NCBI GenBank assembly: GCA_012026655.1
Contig: JAAILG010001064.1
Coordinates: forward strand, 1 to 64,000
Length of the DNA: 64,000 bases
Reading direction: 5' to 3'
From: Hydrolagus affinis
Taxonomy: Eukaryota
The notes under the pieces were generated by a model. It was not told the DNA's origin and did no database searches. It saw nothing but the letters and a program-made list of their open reading frames with translations. Position numbers and translations under genes: made by a program. Below, in pieces: positions 11,581 to 23,778 of the stretch; within the stretch, counting starts at the first letter, position 1; every line of letters starts with the position of its first letter.

Positions 11581-14500
11581 TAATAACTGTATATTCTTTG
11601 TACCACAACTCTCCTTACAAATATTAAGATAGATTATATTTGATTTACTGATTTAACTAGTAGCAATTTTAAAATTCCTAATGTCTTTGGCAGTATATAT
11701 CTTAATTATGTCCCCAAGCCTTGGCTCTTGCTAACCTGCACTTAATACATTCCAGAATTAGGTAAGTAGGATGCACATTCCATTCCAACAAACATCTTCC
11801 GAGTATTGGTGGGATGCATTGAACTCTGTTTGGTTTGGATACTCTTAAGCATGGTGATGGGTTTCCACATGTGTCAGATACCCAGTTGACTAAAAAATAA
11901 TAATTGGGCACACAGAGTAAATATTTCTGATGCAACACAAAATAAATTGTGGCCAAATTATTGCAGTTTTATCAGTATGTTTGGAATTCATGGAGTCAGC
12001 AACATTATTCTATCTTTGCAGCTGGATATACATTTATCCAGAGTGCTATTGATTCAGGGTTTACTTTGTGATTCAGGAATACAGGACAGTTTTATCTGCC
12101 CACCTGCCAGCCAACTGTTTGAGGCTCCACATCCAGCTTTGTCTCACCGCTCTTCATTTATAATAAATAATTAGCCTTGCTTGTGATATAGAGCCTTTTG
12201 GAGAATTGTTTCATCGACAATTATTAACAGCTGGTTTCACTCAAATTCTCTGCTGGCTTCATCAGAGAAACCATACACAAACCAGGCATTGGGCATTAAA
12301 GGAAATTTTCTCTGATGCACTGAATATTGCATTTTTAAACTACTTCTCTAATTACAGCAATATATTTCTGAGTAAGGTATTTGTGATGTATTTTGTTTGT
12401 GTTTTTCTTCATTTATTAAAGCAAGGGATAGATAAAGGAAACCAATGAAGAAGGAATATGTCAATTGTTATGTTTACTTAATCTTCAGTCCACAACCAAT
12501 ATTGGGAAGAGGGAAAAGGGGAAGAAAGCAAAAAGAGAAGAAGGGAAGAACTATTAAAAGAGAGGGAAGAAAGGGAAGGAAGAGGTAAGAGAAGGGGCCA
12601 AAGAATAAATTAATTAATAAAATGAGAAATAGGAAAAGCTTAGAAGAAAGTTAGAAAATGTGATCCAGGATGAAATTGGTATTAAAACTACATCGTATTA
12701 GAATGTTTGTAAATGTCCCAGTTATTGCCATTAAGATGTAAGAAAATGTAGCTGTTGTAAGAAGTCAACTCTCAGTAAAATATTTGTGAGCTTCTTACAC
12801 TATATTAGTAATCCTTACATGCAATATAGCACCTTTCACATTGCAAGGATGTCTCCATGTGCCTCACACAATCTACTATAAAGTGTAGTGACTGTGCTTT
12901 GTGGGCAAATATGGCAGCCAATTTGTTCGCAGCAATGTCCTACAAACAGGCATGAAGCGAATGACTAATTTGGATTGATAGTCAGGACATTGGGAGAAAC
13001 TCCCTTCTTTTTTCGAATGGTGCCATAGGATATTTAACGTCCAACTAAAGTGACAGATGGGGCCTCAGTATAACCTTCAGCAATGCAGCACACTCCCAAC
13101 ACTGCATTGAAGTGTCATCTTAGACTATGAGTCCCAACTCACAATCTCCATTGACTGAACTCTTCCTCCCCCCACTAAAGTTTTGAAGAACAATTGTTCC
13201 AATATTTTTTATAGGTTCTAAATTTGTAATATTTGTGCAGTCCAGATTAATTTCCTTGTAAATGTATTGAATTGAAGTATTTACATTTGGATAATAGGAA
13301 GTCATTTGAATAATAGGCATATATTTGAAGCAAAGTATAGCATCTTTGTACATAGTAGTCAAGGCACAGGTAGGAAATGTATAGGTTATTATAAAATCTT
13401 TCACTACTTAAGCTAATTATTGATCCACTAAAGAAATCTAAAATTGTTAGTATCCGTTCTCGTTGACTAGTTTATTTAATTCTGGATTCATAAATGACGT
13501 TTCTTTGTAATATCCCAATGGTACATAAAGCTTTTTTTATTGTAAGCCCTATCATGATGCAGGATGGTTATTGTACTGTGTAAAATGGGATTTTCCCCCT
13601 GCCCCCACACACCCCCAATACTTTTCAACATTAAAAGTAGTAGTGTTTGCTTTGGAATAACAGGATTCTCCCCACCACACCCCCCACCACTCCCACCCTG
13701 TTCACTGAACAGTAATTCGTCAATTCCTCTAGCACATCTGAATACTTCTGACAACTAAAATTTAGCTACAATAAATTTTCTGACTCAGCTAATCATAGTC
13801 TATACTGCCCCAGTTTTGCAGGATAATTTGCTTGCCACAAAGTATAACAGCTTTGTGTATAACAGTAGACATGATATTGTACCATAATATTACTACTGCA
13901 TTATTACTAAAAGAGCAGAAGCTCTGGATACAAATGATCCCTTTGAAGAATACAAAGCAAATCATATTAATAACCCGGTGATGATCAAGTTCAGTCATTT
14001 CTGAGGAGAACAATGTCGAATGGCGCTTATTTTTTGTTATGCCACAAAACCCTGCAGTAATGGTATTGATGGCATCATGTTTCTCCTTACATTTTTAATT
14101 GTTAAATGAGTGTGTGTAAATTACATTTGAAAACTATGTATTTTAATTTTATCACGTAACTCTGCTTTAGGTCTGTGCCCAACCAGTTGCTGCTATTATC
14201 CCAAGAATCTGTAGCAAATACCCAGAGTGATGGGGAACATCCAGAAGAAAACCAAGCAATACCTAAAAAGGACTTGCAGGGTAATTCTGTATGGAATGCT
14301 ATTTAAAGACTATTTAGAATACATCACACTATAAGTTAGGTTCAATTTAAACACACATAACAAAGGGAATCAAGTTAATCATAAATAATTTGCATTCTAT
14401 TTTGTTGAACTTTATAGATGGGGAGTTTTTATTTTACAATTGCATGCAATCATGCAGTTCAAGGGTGAGTTAATTAATTATAAATAAAATTCTACAAATT

Positions 14501-17500
14501 TCAGGGTAATTTATTTAAAACGTTTTCTACTATACTTTAGTTTGTATCTTTGCTAGAAATATTTTAGCTTGGCATTTGCTTACATATCAAAGCATTACTT
14601 TGTTGGTTAAACTTTTCAGTCAGAGTTGTATGCTTATTTACACTAATTCAACTTCAAGGTGGCTGAAAATTCAACTTGTTTGATTTTATGGCAGATTTGG
14701 GTGGGAACCAGCAGGTAGAGAGAGCAACGTTGAACAGTTGTGAAAAATCATTGGTAGGGAGTAATTGTGAAGACTGTTCCATGGATAGTTCAGATTATTC
14801 CAACTCTTCAAAGAACACAGACACAGGGTACAGTTATGATGCTAGTACAGAGAGCGAGGCAGATGACTGCATGACGCTGGAGGAGGTATCGCGGAGGGCC
14901 AAAAGGAAAATAGAGGAGTGTCCAGATCTAGGTAAACTTTACTTATAGGGATATGCGGTATATAAAATATTTCCTGTGATATTTGTTTCTTGCCCCTTCA
15001 CCTCCTTCCCTATAGAAAAGCTGTATATCAGTAGCATGTACAGAATGTTTGCTAATGTTTAAAATAAAGAAGTTGACAATTTTGTGTTTGTTACAGCTTC
15101 CACAACAGAAGAAATAGCACAGACGTCTTCTGATGGACAAGAAAAGTCTCCTGAAAAACCTAAGCAGAAGAAGAATCGTTGTTTTACGTGCAGAAAGAAA
15201 GTGGGGCTTACAGGTGAGTATAATAAGGAATCTTTGTAGAGTTTAGTGCCTTTCCAGTCAGGAGGTCATCCCAAGCATTTCACAGGGTTCACTGAAGTGT
15301 ATTTGCAGATGCAGGCAGCAACCCAATTGTGCACAGCAATGTCAAACAATCAGTGATGAAATGAATACCAATTTTATTTGGGGAATTGTTACCCAGGATA
15401 CTGGGAAAAAACTCTAGTTTTTAAATCATGGCATGGGATCTTTAATGTCCACATGAATAGGCAGATTGTACGTTGGTTTAATGTCTGATCTGAAGGACAG
15501 GTAAAGGTTAGAATAAAAATCTATTCTAGTGTTGGACCTGCACAGACATGTTTTGTGAATTTCTGTCAGCATAAGTCATCTTAAAATATGGTGGTTATTT
15601 CTTCCAGTTGATTTTGTGCTCCAAAACAAGGCATTTGTATAATGCAGCTTTAAGTAAATCCTGACCTCATCAAGTGAGCACTTTCGCATTTGACTTCAAC
15701 TTACATCAGCTTCCAGATCCTAAACCTATTGTTTATTGATATTTAGTTTTTATCAATCACAGAAGGTGAAGGGATAAATGTATTCCACTGGGATTCCAAC
15801 CCAGAACTTTCAATTGCTTAACTGAATGAGATACTAGGATGTCCTGCTGTATATAAAATATACTAGAAAAGGCTTCTCCACTGAGAATATTAAAGCTCTC
15901 TGCCCAGATGTACATCAATGATGAATCATTGACTTTGATACCGAGAAATCGCCTTACAAGACTCAACCCAATGAAATTTGTCATCTAATAAATTTGCCAC
16001 GGATTAAACACAAAAAACGCGTAACTGGCATACTTATTGAGTATTGAGGATTGAAAATACAAAAGGCACCGGAAAGAAATCGTGAAATATATATGAATCT
16101 ATTCAAAGGATCTTTGACGGTCAACCTCATAGGATTTTTGCGAAGGTGACATTGCAAATTGAAGATTGGACATTCTTTCATGTACTGGATCTGGTTTTCT
16201 ATAAAAAAAAGCCTTTGACAAAGATTCGCTTAAGAGGTTCCTGTATGTTAGTGGGTATTGAGGGAGGGAGGCTGTGGATGTTTAAATGGCTACCTGGAAT
16301 AAAATAGAGTTGTTAAAGGGGAGCTAGGTTGAATTGGGGAATGAGAGAGGAGAATCAGGCTTAGCACATAAATGAAAAGGATTCACAGACTCAATACAAA
16401 GTACTGTGGTTACATTTGACAATCTTGATAGGTTGGGGAGGCTTGTGAAATTGAAGGGGCAGCTAAAATTTAACAGATTTTTGACAAAAGTATCAGTACT
16501 GACCCCTGCCACGCTAGTCGACTCAGGGCTCTTATGTACAGAATTGGTTGTGTCGAAGGAGTGAAAGCATCATGCCATTTGGCTCAGCAACCTTATCTTG
16601 TGTTAGCTTTTCACTGGATAGAAAAAGCAAATCTAGAACAATATTTTAAGAGCTATTAATGTGAGAGGATAAGAATGGGACAGGTTCAGGATTGCGGAAG
16701 GCCTGGTTACAATGGATACTAGCAAGTATTTCTTTGCACTGTTTGATTAGTTATCATGATGGGTAGTCGGGGTCAGGATACTGGATTAATTTAAGAAGCT
16801 GACGCTGCCAGAGGAATACAGTGGGGTTGGTATCCCAGAAAGATGAGGTGAAATGGACCAAAATGCTTTATTCACCTGAACCTCCTGTGATTTTATGAGT
16901 AATGTCATCCAAATCCATTTGAGTCTTGCAAATTTTGAAATGCTCTCAGTAATTTCTTTGCATTTCTTACAAAGTAGAGTTTTTTTTTGTGATTCCAGAT
17001 AATCCACAATTTACTAAAGTGTTTGTCATATTTGAAACAGGGCAGTTTCCAGAACTTTGAGCCGTAATCTTATGGAGAAACATTTGCATTGTATGATTGT
17101 ACTACATTTGCCCCTTGGTGGCAGTATTAATCTGTATTACTGATGGCCTGTCTTTTTCAGTATATGATTTTTTTCCCTTTGAATTCTAACTTGTAAAGAA
17201 TCTACCGCATCTCCATTGCAGACAAAGATATAAAAACAGTTGCTGTCATATTTTTCACCAAATACTTTATTTTTCTTAATTTCTGTCTTTCCCTGCATGC
17301 ACCGTTCCCAGGGTTGTATGGACGAATTTGGTGGGAGTTTCAGCCAGCTGTCTGACACATGGAAACCCATCACCATGCTTAAGAGAGTATCCAAACCATG
17401 CTGAAATTTCCATGTGTCCCACCTACATAGATTCTTGGAGTGGAATGTGCACTATCTTCCTGGAGGGATGCATCCTGCTTACATAGAATCATAGAATCTT

Positions 17501-20500
17501 ACGGCACAAAAGGAGGCCATTCGGCTCATCTAGTCTGTGCCAGCTCTTTAAAAAGAGCAATTTAATCCCACTCCTCAGCTCTCTCCCCATAATTCCAGAA
17601 AGTATTAGGCACGGGTTGGCAAGACCCCAGCTTTGGGGTAATGCTGGAGTCTAACCAGCTAAAACTGCATATATTTCCATTGATGTTGCGGTCCGACACA
17701 CTTTCCCACTGCTTCTCCAGCTTACCCTTTAGTGCTTTGGCTTGCAGAATTAACAGAAGCTGACTGGATGACTGCCTTCCCTCAGTGACTGGTCTGCCCT
17801 TCCAGATCCTGCCGATGAGCCAGGCTGGCAGTGCTGCCCTGGAATACTGCGGACCTGCCTGGCTCAGGATCCAAACTATCAAGGACTGGCTCGATTCTGA
17901 CATTTCATTGCCAGTTATGTCACACTGGAGCCAGTTCAACTCCCAAGGGGATTCTGCTTGCGGCAGGCTCTTGCTAAAGCTGCTCTTCAATTTGCCTGTA
18001 ATGAAATTGTCCTCTGCGTAATGTTTCTGGTCAAAATTTAATGACCTGGATTATAATATTGGAGAATCTATACTATGTGTTCAAAGATCTAGACTTCAAG
18101 TGATACATTTAGTTTTCCTTTCTTGCATGTTGTACTGAGCTACTGCATCACCTTATAAAATAGGAGATAGTTAAATAAATCTGTGTCCTTGTGCAGTTTT
18201 TATCAAAATGCTACATAAATTAAGCATTTTAGCAAGTCGGGTAATGTGCCATATTCTCACCTAATGCTTACAAGTATTGAAAGCAGCACAAAAGGTCCAG
18301 TGACAGATGCCTGTGAAAAAACTTCAGTTTTTCATTTTACTTGAGCATGAGTTGAGAGGATGAAGAAAACCATGGCAATTTAGCACAGGAATTCAAGCAG
18401 CTTTTGAGACACCAGATCTGATTCCAGGATTTGATTCTCTGATGCCTTGGTACCAGCAAATTCTTTACCATATTATGAAAGGTATTGAAACATTTTACAG
18501 ATTAACTCTTCATTTTGGCAACCGGCCCAAATGTGTGCCTTTCTGTGTTGGTGAAATTGGTCCTGTATTTTCCACCTGCCATTGATTTTAAAGTGGAAGA
18601 GGGATGGATCTAGTCTCAGAATTCTGAGAATGATTAAAGGCACAGCATAGGTTCATGATTTTAACTTTCTATATAACCTCTCGCCAGGTCATTAGACAAA
18701 GTTGAACTTGTGTTATGTCCTTTCATTGAGAGAAGATAACAAGCAGCAAGCTTGTGCTCAATGGCTGAGACACTTTCAGAGTTAGAAATGAAACTAAAGT
18801 AAGTCATGCTACCAAGTCCTTGTTTAGTATGTACCCTTGGTAAGAAGGTCTTTGCAAGCTAAATAAACTAAGCTTTTCCTCTAAAGTTAACATTCAGCAG
18901 TTTTGTGCAGTGGGATTCCTTGTGTGAGCGATTGTAAAAGGAAATACAATAGATATTTATTGTACTCGGAAACTGTGAATTATTTGCCCTTGGGCCATAG
19001 AGGTATACCTCTGTAGATTTTTAGATGCATCCCCACCATATCATCTTGACATTCAAAAAGAATGGTTGAATGCTCTCAAGGCGAGCACTGCAAACTTCAT
19101 TCTGTTATGGCTTCATAAAAACTCATTATTCTTCAGATCTGTAACACAAAATCTGTAATCTTATGGAGTGATAGAGAAGAAGACCTTATTCTGGGTATGA
19201 TTTTTGAAATTCTAACCCATTGTAAGACCAAGGTCTAAAATTCCTTGTTTAGGAAGAAGTCGGAAAAATTATGTGGTAGGAGTTTTGAAGTACCCAGGAA
19301 ATTATGCCTTGAGTTATTTAGAGATCATGGAGGAAATTTCATAAAGCACTGACACTGACCTTCGTAAGGCAGTCGATAAAATAGTGGGGCAGTTTTTTAA
19401 AAAATTGCAAATGGACAAATATGCTTCTCATTTTTAAGAGCATTGCCAGAGACACACCAGACAAGTGGAGATCCATTAGTCTTACTGCAACAATCGGAAA
19501 ACATAGAATCAATAATCAGAAGCAAAATGGAAGAGTACAATTGAAAATTACCTAATAAATGATCAGGACTGTATGTTTCCCAACCAAACTCATGATGAAC
19601 ATTTCTGAGTTGGTGGCCATAAGGTCTAATGTGCCAATTGGGAGAATTCCCACTGCTTAAGGCGGACCATGAATGAACAAGTTACCTGTAATATTCCTCA
19701 TTCTTTGAAATTCTCCCCTATACCAAACATTCCACTTTCCCTCTCCTCTAGACTATGATCTGTTTTTCACTTTGCTATGTCTATGGTGTCATGTTTTCGT
19801 ATATCTCTTCTAGCTTCAGGGAATAAATCAAATTAAAATGATTAACCTTTCTATTAATCATTGTTAAGCAATTTTTAAAGTTTAACAATTTGCTTGTTCC
19901 TAGTTTTAAAAATATGGCAACTGATTCCTTCCTGGTCGTCTTGCTTATTCCTTCGTTACCTTGCTTACTGTGGTCAAAAAGAGCTAAAGGTGTCCCTAGT
20001 GATTGCCTTCACTGATATGCCGACCTTACCTATGATATATGGAGGGTAACATCATTTTGAGGAATCAGAAATGCTTCACTGAAAGGTGAGTATTTAGAGG
20101 ATCCATGTTAGGGACCCAAGCCACGGCCAGTAAAATGGTGGTGCACAGGGATCATCGTCCAGGATCAGGAATGGTGTTGATTCTCCTTGTAATATCTTGT
20201 CAGGGACAAATAGGTGAAATGGTAGACATCTGGCAGACTGCTTTTGATGGGCACAAATAGGATGATTCATTTTGATCGCTTTCCTCACTGCTATTTCACC
20301 TGCTTAACGGTACAGCCCCTTTAATATAAATTTTTATAAATCAGCATTTTCAACAGTGGTTTGCTTTGGTACTTTTTCTCCTCCAAAAACAACTTTGTAT
20401 TTTATTTGGGTATTTCTTCTGTGGAAGCATGTTTTCCCCTGCAAAAGCCCAGGCTCCGAAGCATTTGAGTTAGCCAAATGTGGAGACAAAGTTAGTTGCC

Positions 20501-20811
20501 AACAGCTTGGAGAGCCCTAGGGGAAGACAAACATTGAAAGCAAGGTTTACAATTACAGTACGGTATTTACATTTGAAATAAATAACTTCAGATGTAATTG
20601 CCCTTATTTGTATTGTAGTCGAATTGCGGATGTATATCTAATTGCACTCCTCTTGTTTTCAGGATTTGATTGCAGATGTGGAAACTTGTTCTGTGGATTA
20701 CATCGTTACTCTGATAAACACAGTTGTCCTTACGATTACAAAGCTGATGCTGCTGAAAGAATAAGGAAAGAAAATCCTGTTGTAGTTGGAGAAAAGATCC
20801 AGAAGATTTGA
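9778..20811 (+). CDS. ZFAND6: AN1-type zinc finger protein 6 (A20 + AN1 zinc fingers), spliced CDS, 211 aa
   Basis: join(9778-9928,10356-10464,14171-14280,15097-15213,20663-20811) = 636 nt, all GT-AG and phase-consistent. Has the A20 finger [22 protein letters not shown], the AN1 finger [34 protein letters not shown] and C-terminus [13 protein letters not shown]. Adjacency to FAH supports ZFAND6 over ZFAND5. Confidence 0.93.
10356..10464 (+). CDS. ZFAND6: ZFAND6 coding exon 2
   Basis: [25 protein letters not shown]...; CACAG acceptor, AG|GTAAGT donor, phase 1-2. Confidence 0.9.
12808..13145 (-). mobile_element. Older DeuSINE-type element
   Basis: Has an L2-like tail, Deu core ATGGCAGCCAATTTGTTCGCAGCAATGTCCTACAAACAG and GATATTTAACGTCCA...CAATGCAGCACACTCCC. 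A related copy lies at ~15226-15500. Confidence 0.65.
14171..14280 (+). CDS. ZFAND6: ZFAND6 coding exon 3
   Basis: [18 protein letters not shown]...KDLQ; TTTAG acceptor, G|GTAATT donor, phase 2-1. Confidence 0.88.
14695..14931 (+). CDS. ZFAND6: Candidate alternative (cassette) ZFAND6 exon, 79 aa acidic/Ser-rich insert
   Basis: 237 nt, stop-free, GGCAG acceptor, TAG|GTAAAC donor, phase 1-1 matching the flanking exons. Composition is exon-like within an AT-rich intron. Confidence 0.6.
15097..15213 (+). CDS. ZFAND6: ZFAND6 coding exon 4 (start of AN1 finger)
   Basis: [39 protein letters not shown]; TTACAG acceptor, G|GTGAGT donor. Confidence 0.95.
15226..15500 (-). mobile_element. Older DeuSINE-type element
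   Basis: CCAATTGTGCACAGCAATGTCAAACAATCAG...GGCATGGGATCTTTAATGTCCAC, similar to 12808-13145. Confidence 0.6.
17482..17592 (-). mobile_element. CR1-type LINE 3' tail
   Basis: CATAGAATCATAGAATC..CACAAAAGGAGGCCATTCGGC; near-identical to 38560-38690. Confidence 0.75.
20663..20811 (+). CDS. ZFAND6: ZFAND6 last coding exon
   Basis: [49 protein letters not shown]; TTTTCAG acceptor. Confidence 0.96.
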
Positions 20812-21557
20812 ACTGCTACTCACATTATTTTTTTTTCTTTTTAAACCACGCGAACCTAATTAAACAACAAAGAGGATAACCTGAGCTTTTGTAGTCCATG
20901 ATGGGAATTTGGAGCATTGTACCTTACATAGATCTTTAAATCATGCATGCCATGAAAATTAGAACTCGAGAAATGACTTTGGGAAGTTGATTCAATTTTC
21001 TTTGAATAATCTGTGGTTGGAAAATTACTGCATATTTAGGCGCAAGTCCATTATACAGGCATTTTAATTTTAGTAAAGTGCAAGGCTTTTATAACAAAGC
21101 ATAGGTTAAGTATTGGAGGGCTGTGCTTTTCCAGTATTACATGCATGTTTTTACCTTGCATTTTTTTCTTTTGTGTATATGGCCTTTCTCTGCAGCACTA
21201 TTTTCTAATTCAACAGTGTCATAAGTGGCACCAGATATCAGTAACAGAATGTACGCTAATCATTACTGATGCTTTTGTTCTGTTCATGAAAAGGTCAAAT
21301 GTGTTGGCATAGTAGCTTTCTTGCGCCTACATCTCATTGATTATTTATGATCCTTTAAATGAGCGTATGCTGTTTTATGATTTTGAAGTATGTATGTATC
21401 TTGAATGGAAAAAGCCTCTATGCACTTCAATGCAGACTGCAAGTTTAATCGGAAAATACAGTAATGCTTAACTCTGAGCGTGCACAAACAGAGGATGGTG
21501 TTCTGAAGTAATTATGCTGTATTTATGTTAGTTTATTCACTGTCTTAACTTTGACTA

Positions 21558-21563
21558 AATAAA
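21558..21563 (+). terminator. ZFAND6: Probable ZFAND6 polyadenylation signal
   Basis: AATAAA about 750 nt after the stop, at the end of a repeat-free U-rich 3'UTR. Confidence 0.65.
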
Positions 21564-23539
21564 GTTATAAAAGGAAAATGAAAGTTGTAAAAAAAAATGA
21601 ATATAGGGGAGAATTCATAATGTGTGCCTTGTTACAAATGTGATCAGAAATTTTATTTTTATTAGGTTAGAAACTATGTATGCTTGTATAAAAACATCAA
21701 TGTAAGGCTACATATAAGCAATGTGGAATTACATTAATGGATGACAATAACACCACATAGCACATTAAAGACAATATGTTCACTTTTCACTTGCAACCAC
21801 ATTTCATAATTATTCCTCATCTTTCCCTCACCACCTACAGTATTACAATTGTTTTATGGATGGACCTTATTTCAAAGGTTCACATTAATGTCAACATTGA
21901 GGCTTTTTCAGTTCCAAAGGTGTAGATTGTTTGGGGGAAGACTAAAGTGAGAAAGTATGTATTGCAACCTTAGCTGTGAAGAATTTACCATGCAGCCCTT
22001 GTTTGTAGGAAAGCTACATTTACCAAACACAAAATGCTACTGTTTGGGAGAACCACTGGGCCATTGGGGATGGGTGAGGAATGGGGAGGGAGGTGATGCA
22101 GTGGTTAAGGGTGAGACATTAAACTTGTTTAATAGACATTACACATACTGGAATGATGAGATAAAAAGATAACAAACAGCTGCCTTCATCAAAACCTCAG
22201 TGAATTTGGGCGAAACTATTTTCTGTTATGGCTCCTGACAGTACTTTCACATGGTTTCAGGAACAAATTTGAGCTTGATTTGTAATCCATACTTGGAGGT
22301 TGCTTCAGATTTGGGGAAAAACTATATTTAGTTGGATCCCCACTGTAATCTGGTTATCAATACAAAATTCAGGACTAAGGCCTATTATTTAACCATTATG
22401 GTGGTTGTGATAGCTATTCACGGAGCACAACCTTATTCTCTCTGCAGTTTTAATTTTCATTTGTTTTATCTAATCTCTTTTGAGTATACAACAATCTTTC
22501 AGCATTCTCTATCAAAGGGACATCCAAACTTGCACACAATTCTGTATAATACACAATACGTCGTCATGTCTGAACCAGTTTTCTATACAGATTCAATATT
22601 ACCTCGTGACTTTTGTATTCAATACTCCTGTATATAAAACCTCGTATCTAATTTGTCCTTGTGTCATTTTCCATCTGCAATTGTAGTTTTGAAAATATGT
22701 GGCTGCACATCCCAATCTCCTGTTCCTTCACTCCTTGGGGGACATTTCCATTCCTTGCTGTTTTCTCAAGATGTAGCAAAGGCATATTGTGTAATTATCC
22801 ACAGCTATCTATATTCAGCACCTGCAAGCCAAAGCCCTGATAGGTAAAATGGTCCTAACTGGACAAGTGGCAGGAGAATAATGCATACTTTGCAGGCCCC
22901 AAGCCATTACTGTTTGCAATCTGCAGAACAAGGTAAGTATAGGGTATATTATCCATCTGGAGAGAGAAAAGGCGTGGACTCTTATTTCCAAATAATATGA
23001 AGCTGTATACAACATGTGCAACACACAGGTTGCTTTGGAGGCTGTTTAAACAGGAATGGGGTGCTGCTTGTGTTGTATACCCAACTAATCAAAAAGTTGA
23101 AAGGTCCTCAAATTCAGCATCAAGATTGTTGTTTTCCTGACTCAAACAATATTTTAATCCTATGACTGCCATCAGTTAAGGTAACTGAGTAGCTGTTTTG
23201 TGGTATGTTGTGGGAATAATAATAACAGGAATGTTTCCTTTGGCCCACCAGGAGGGTTAGTGGTAGCCATTGGAAGGTTAGGAATGCCCAAACCTTATTA
23301 TGTGACATTTGTATAACTTGGAGAGGTAAAATCAAAACTTTTGGTACCCTACCCAAAAGCTATAATGCCTTTCATCATTGATAAAAAAAAAATGCCTTTA
23401 TCTATTGGAATGCCATCGATAATGTCTCTTTTGTTGTTTGATTTTGAGGTTGATCTCTGCACTGTAGTTAGTGGATGTTGTAACTGTTTGTAGGGTGTCT
23501 CCCTCCCTCACACACACACTGGCATCTATCAGAGACTTG

Positions 23540-23697
23540 CGTTGGTGCAACTCCTAGTGGTCACTGCAAATTCCCACAATGGGCGTTTCAGCCTCAAATA
23601 AAGCCCCATTGGTCAGTGCAGCGATTAGGAAACTCTTTAAAAACATACACTCGGAAGTCAGCAAGACCCAGAGTTCACTGGTTTCTCTGTTCTGAAC
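23540..23697 (+). promoter_or_regulatory. FAH: FAH proximal promoter/5'UTR
   Basis: ZNF143/SBS-like ACTGCAAATTCCCACAATG (23563-23581), inverted CCAAT (ATTGG ~23608) and ETS CGGAAGT (23652), just upstream of the ATG. Confidence 0.55.
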
Positions 23698-23778
23698 ATG
23701 TCTTTCATAAAACTAGCACCAAGCTCTGATTTTCCTATTCAAAACCTCCCATATGGCGTGTTTTCTACTCCAGACAAA
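23698..23778 (+). CDS. FAH: FAH exon 1
   Basis: [27 protein letters not shown]; 81 nt; GTAAGT donor. Confidence 0.95.

Noticed and set aside
17109-17124. CTCF-like motif (minus CTGCCACCAAGGGGCA); a weaker one lies at ~23549-23566
   Set aside because: There is a mismatch at a core position and no independent support.
9778-20811. Alternative assignment as ZFAND5
   Set aside because: The PVQCTEG linker, VVGEKIQKI ending and FAH adjacency fit ZFAND6.
20812-21563. miRNA seed matches in the ZFAND6 3'UTR (e.g. CAGTATTA at 21132)
   Set aside because: Short matches are expected by chance and cannot be judged without a conservation alignment.
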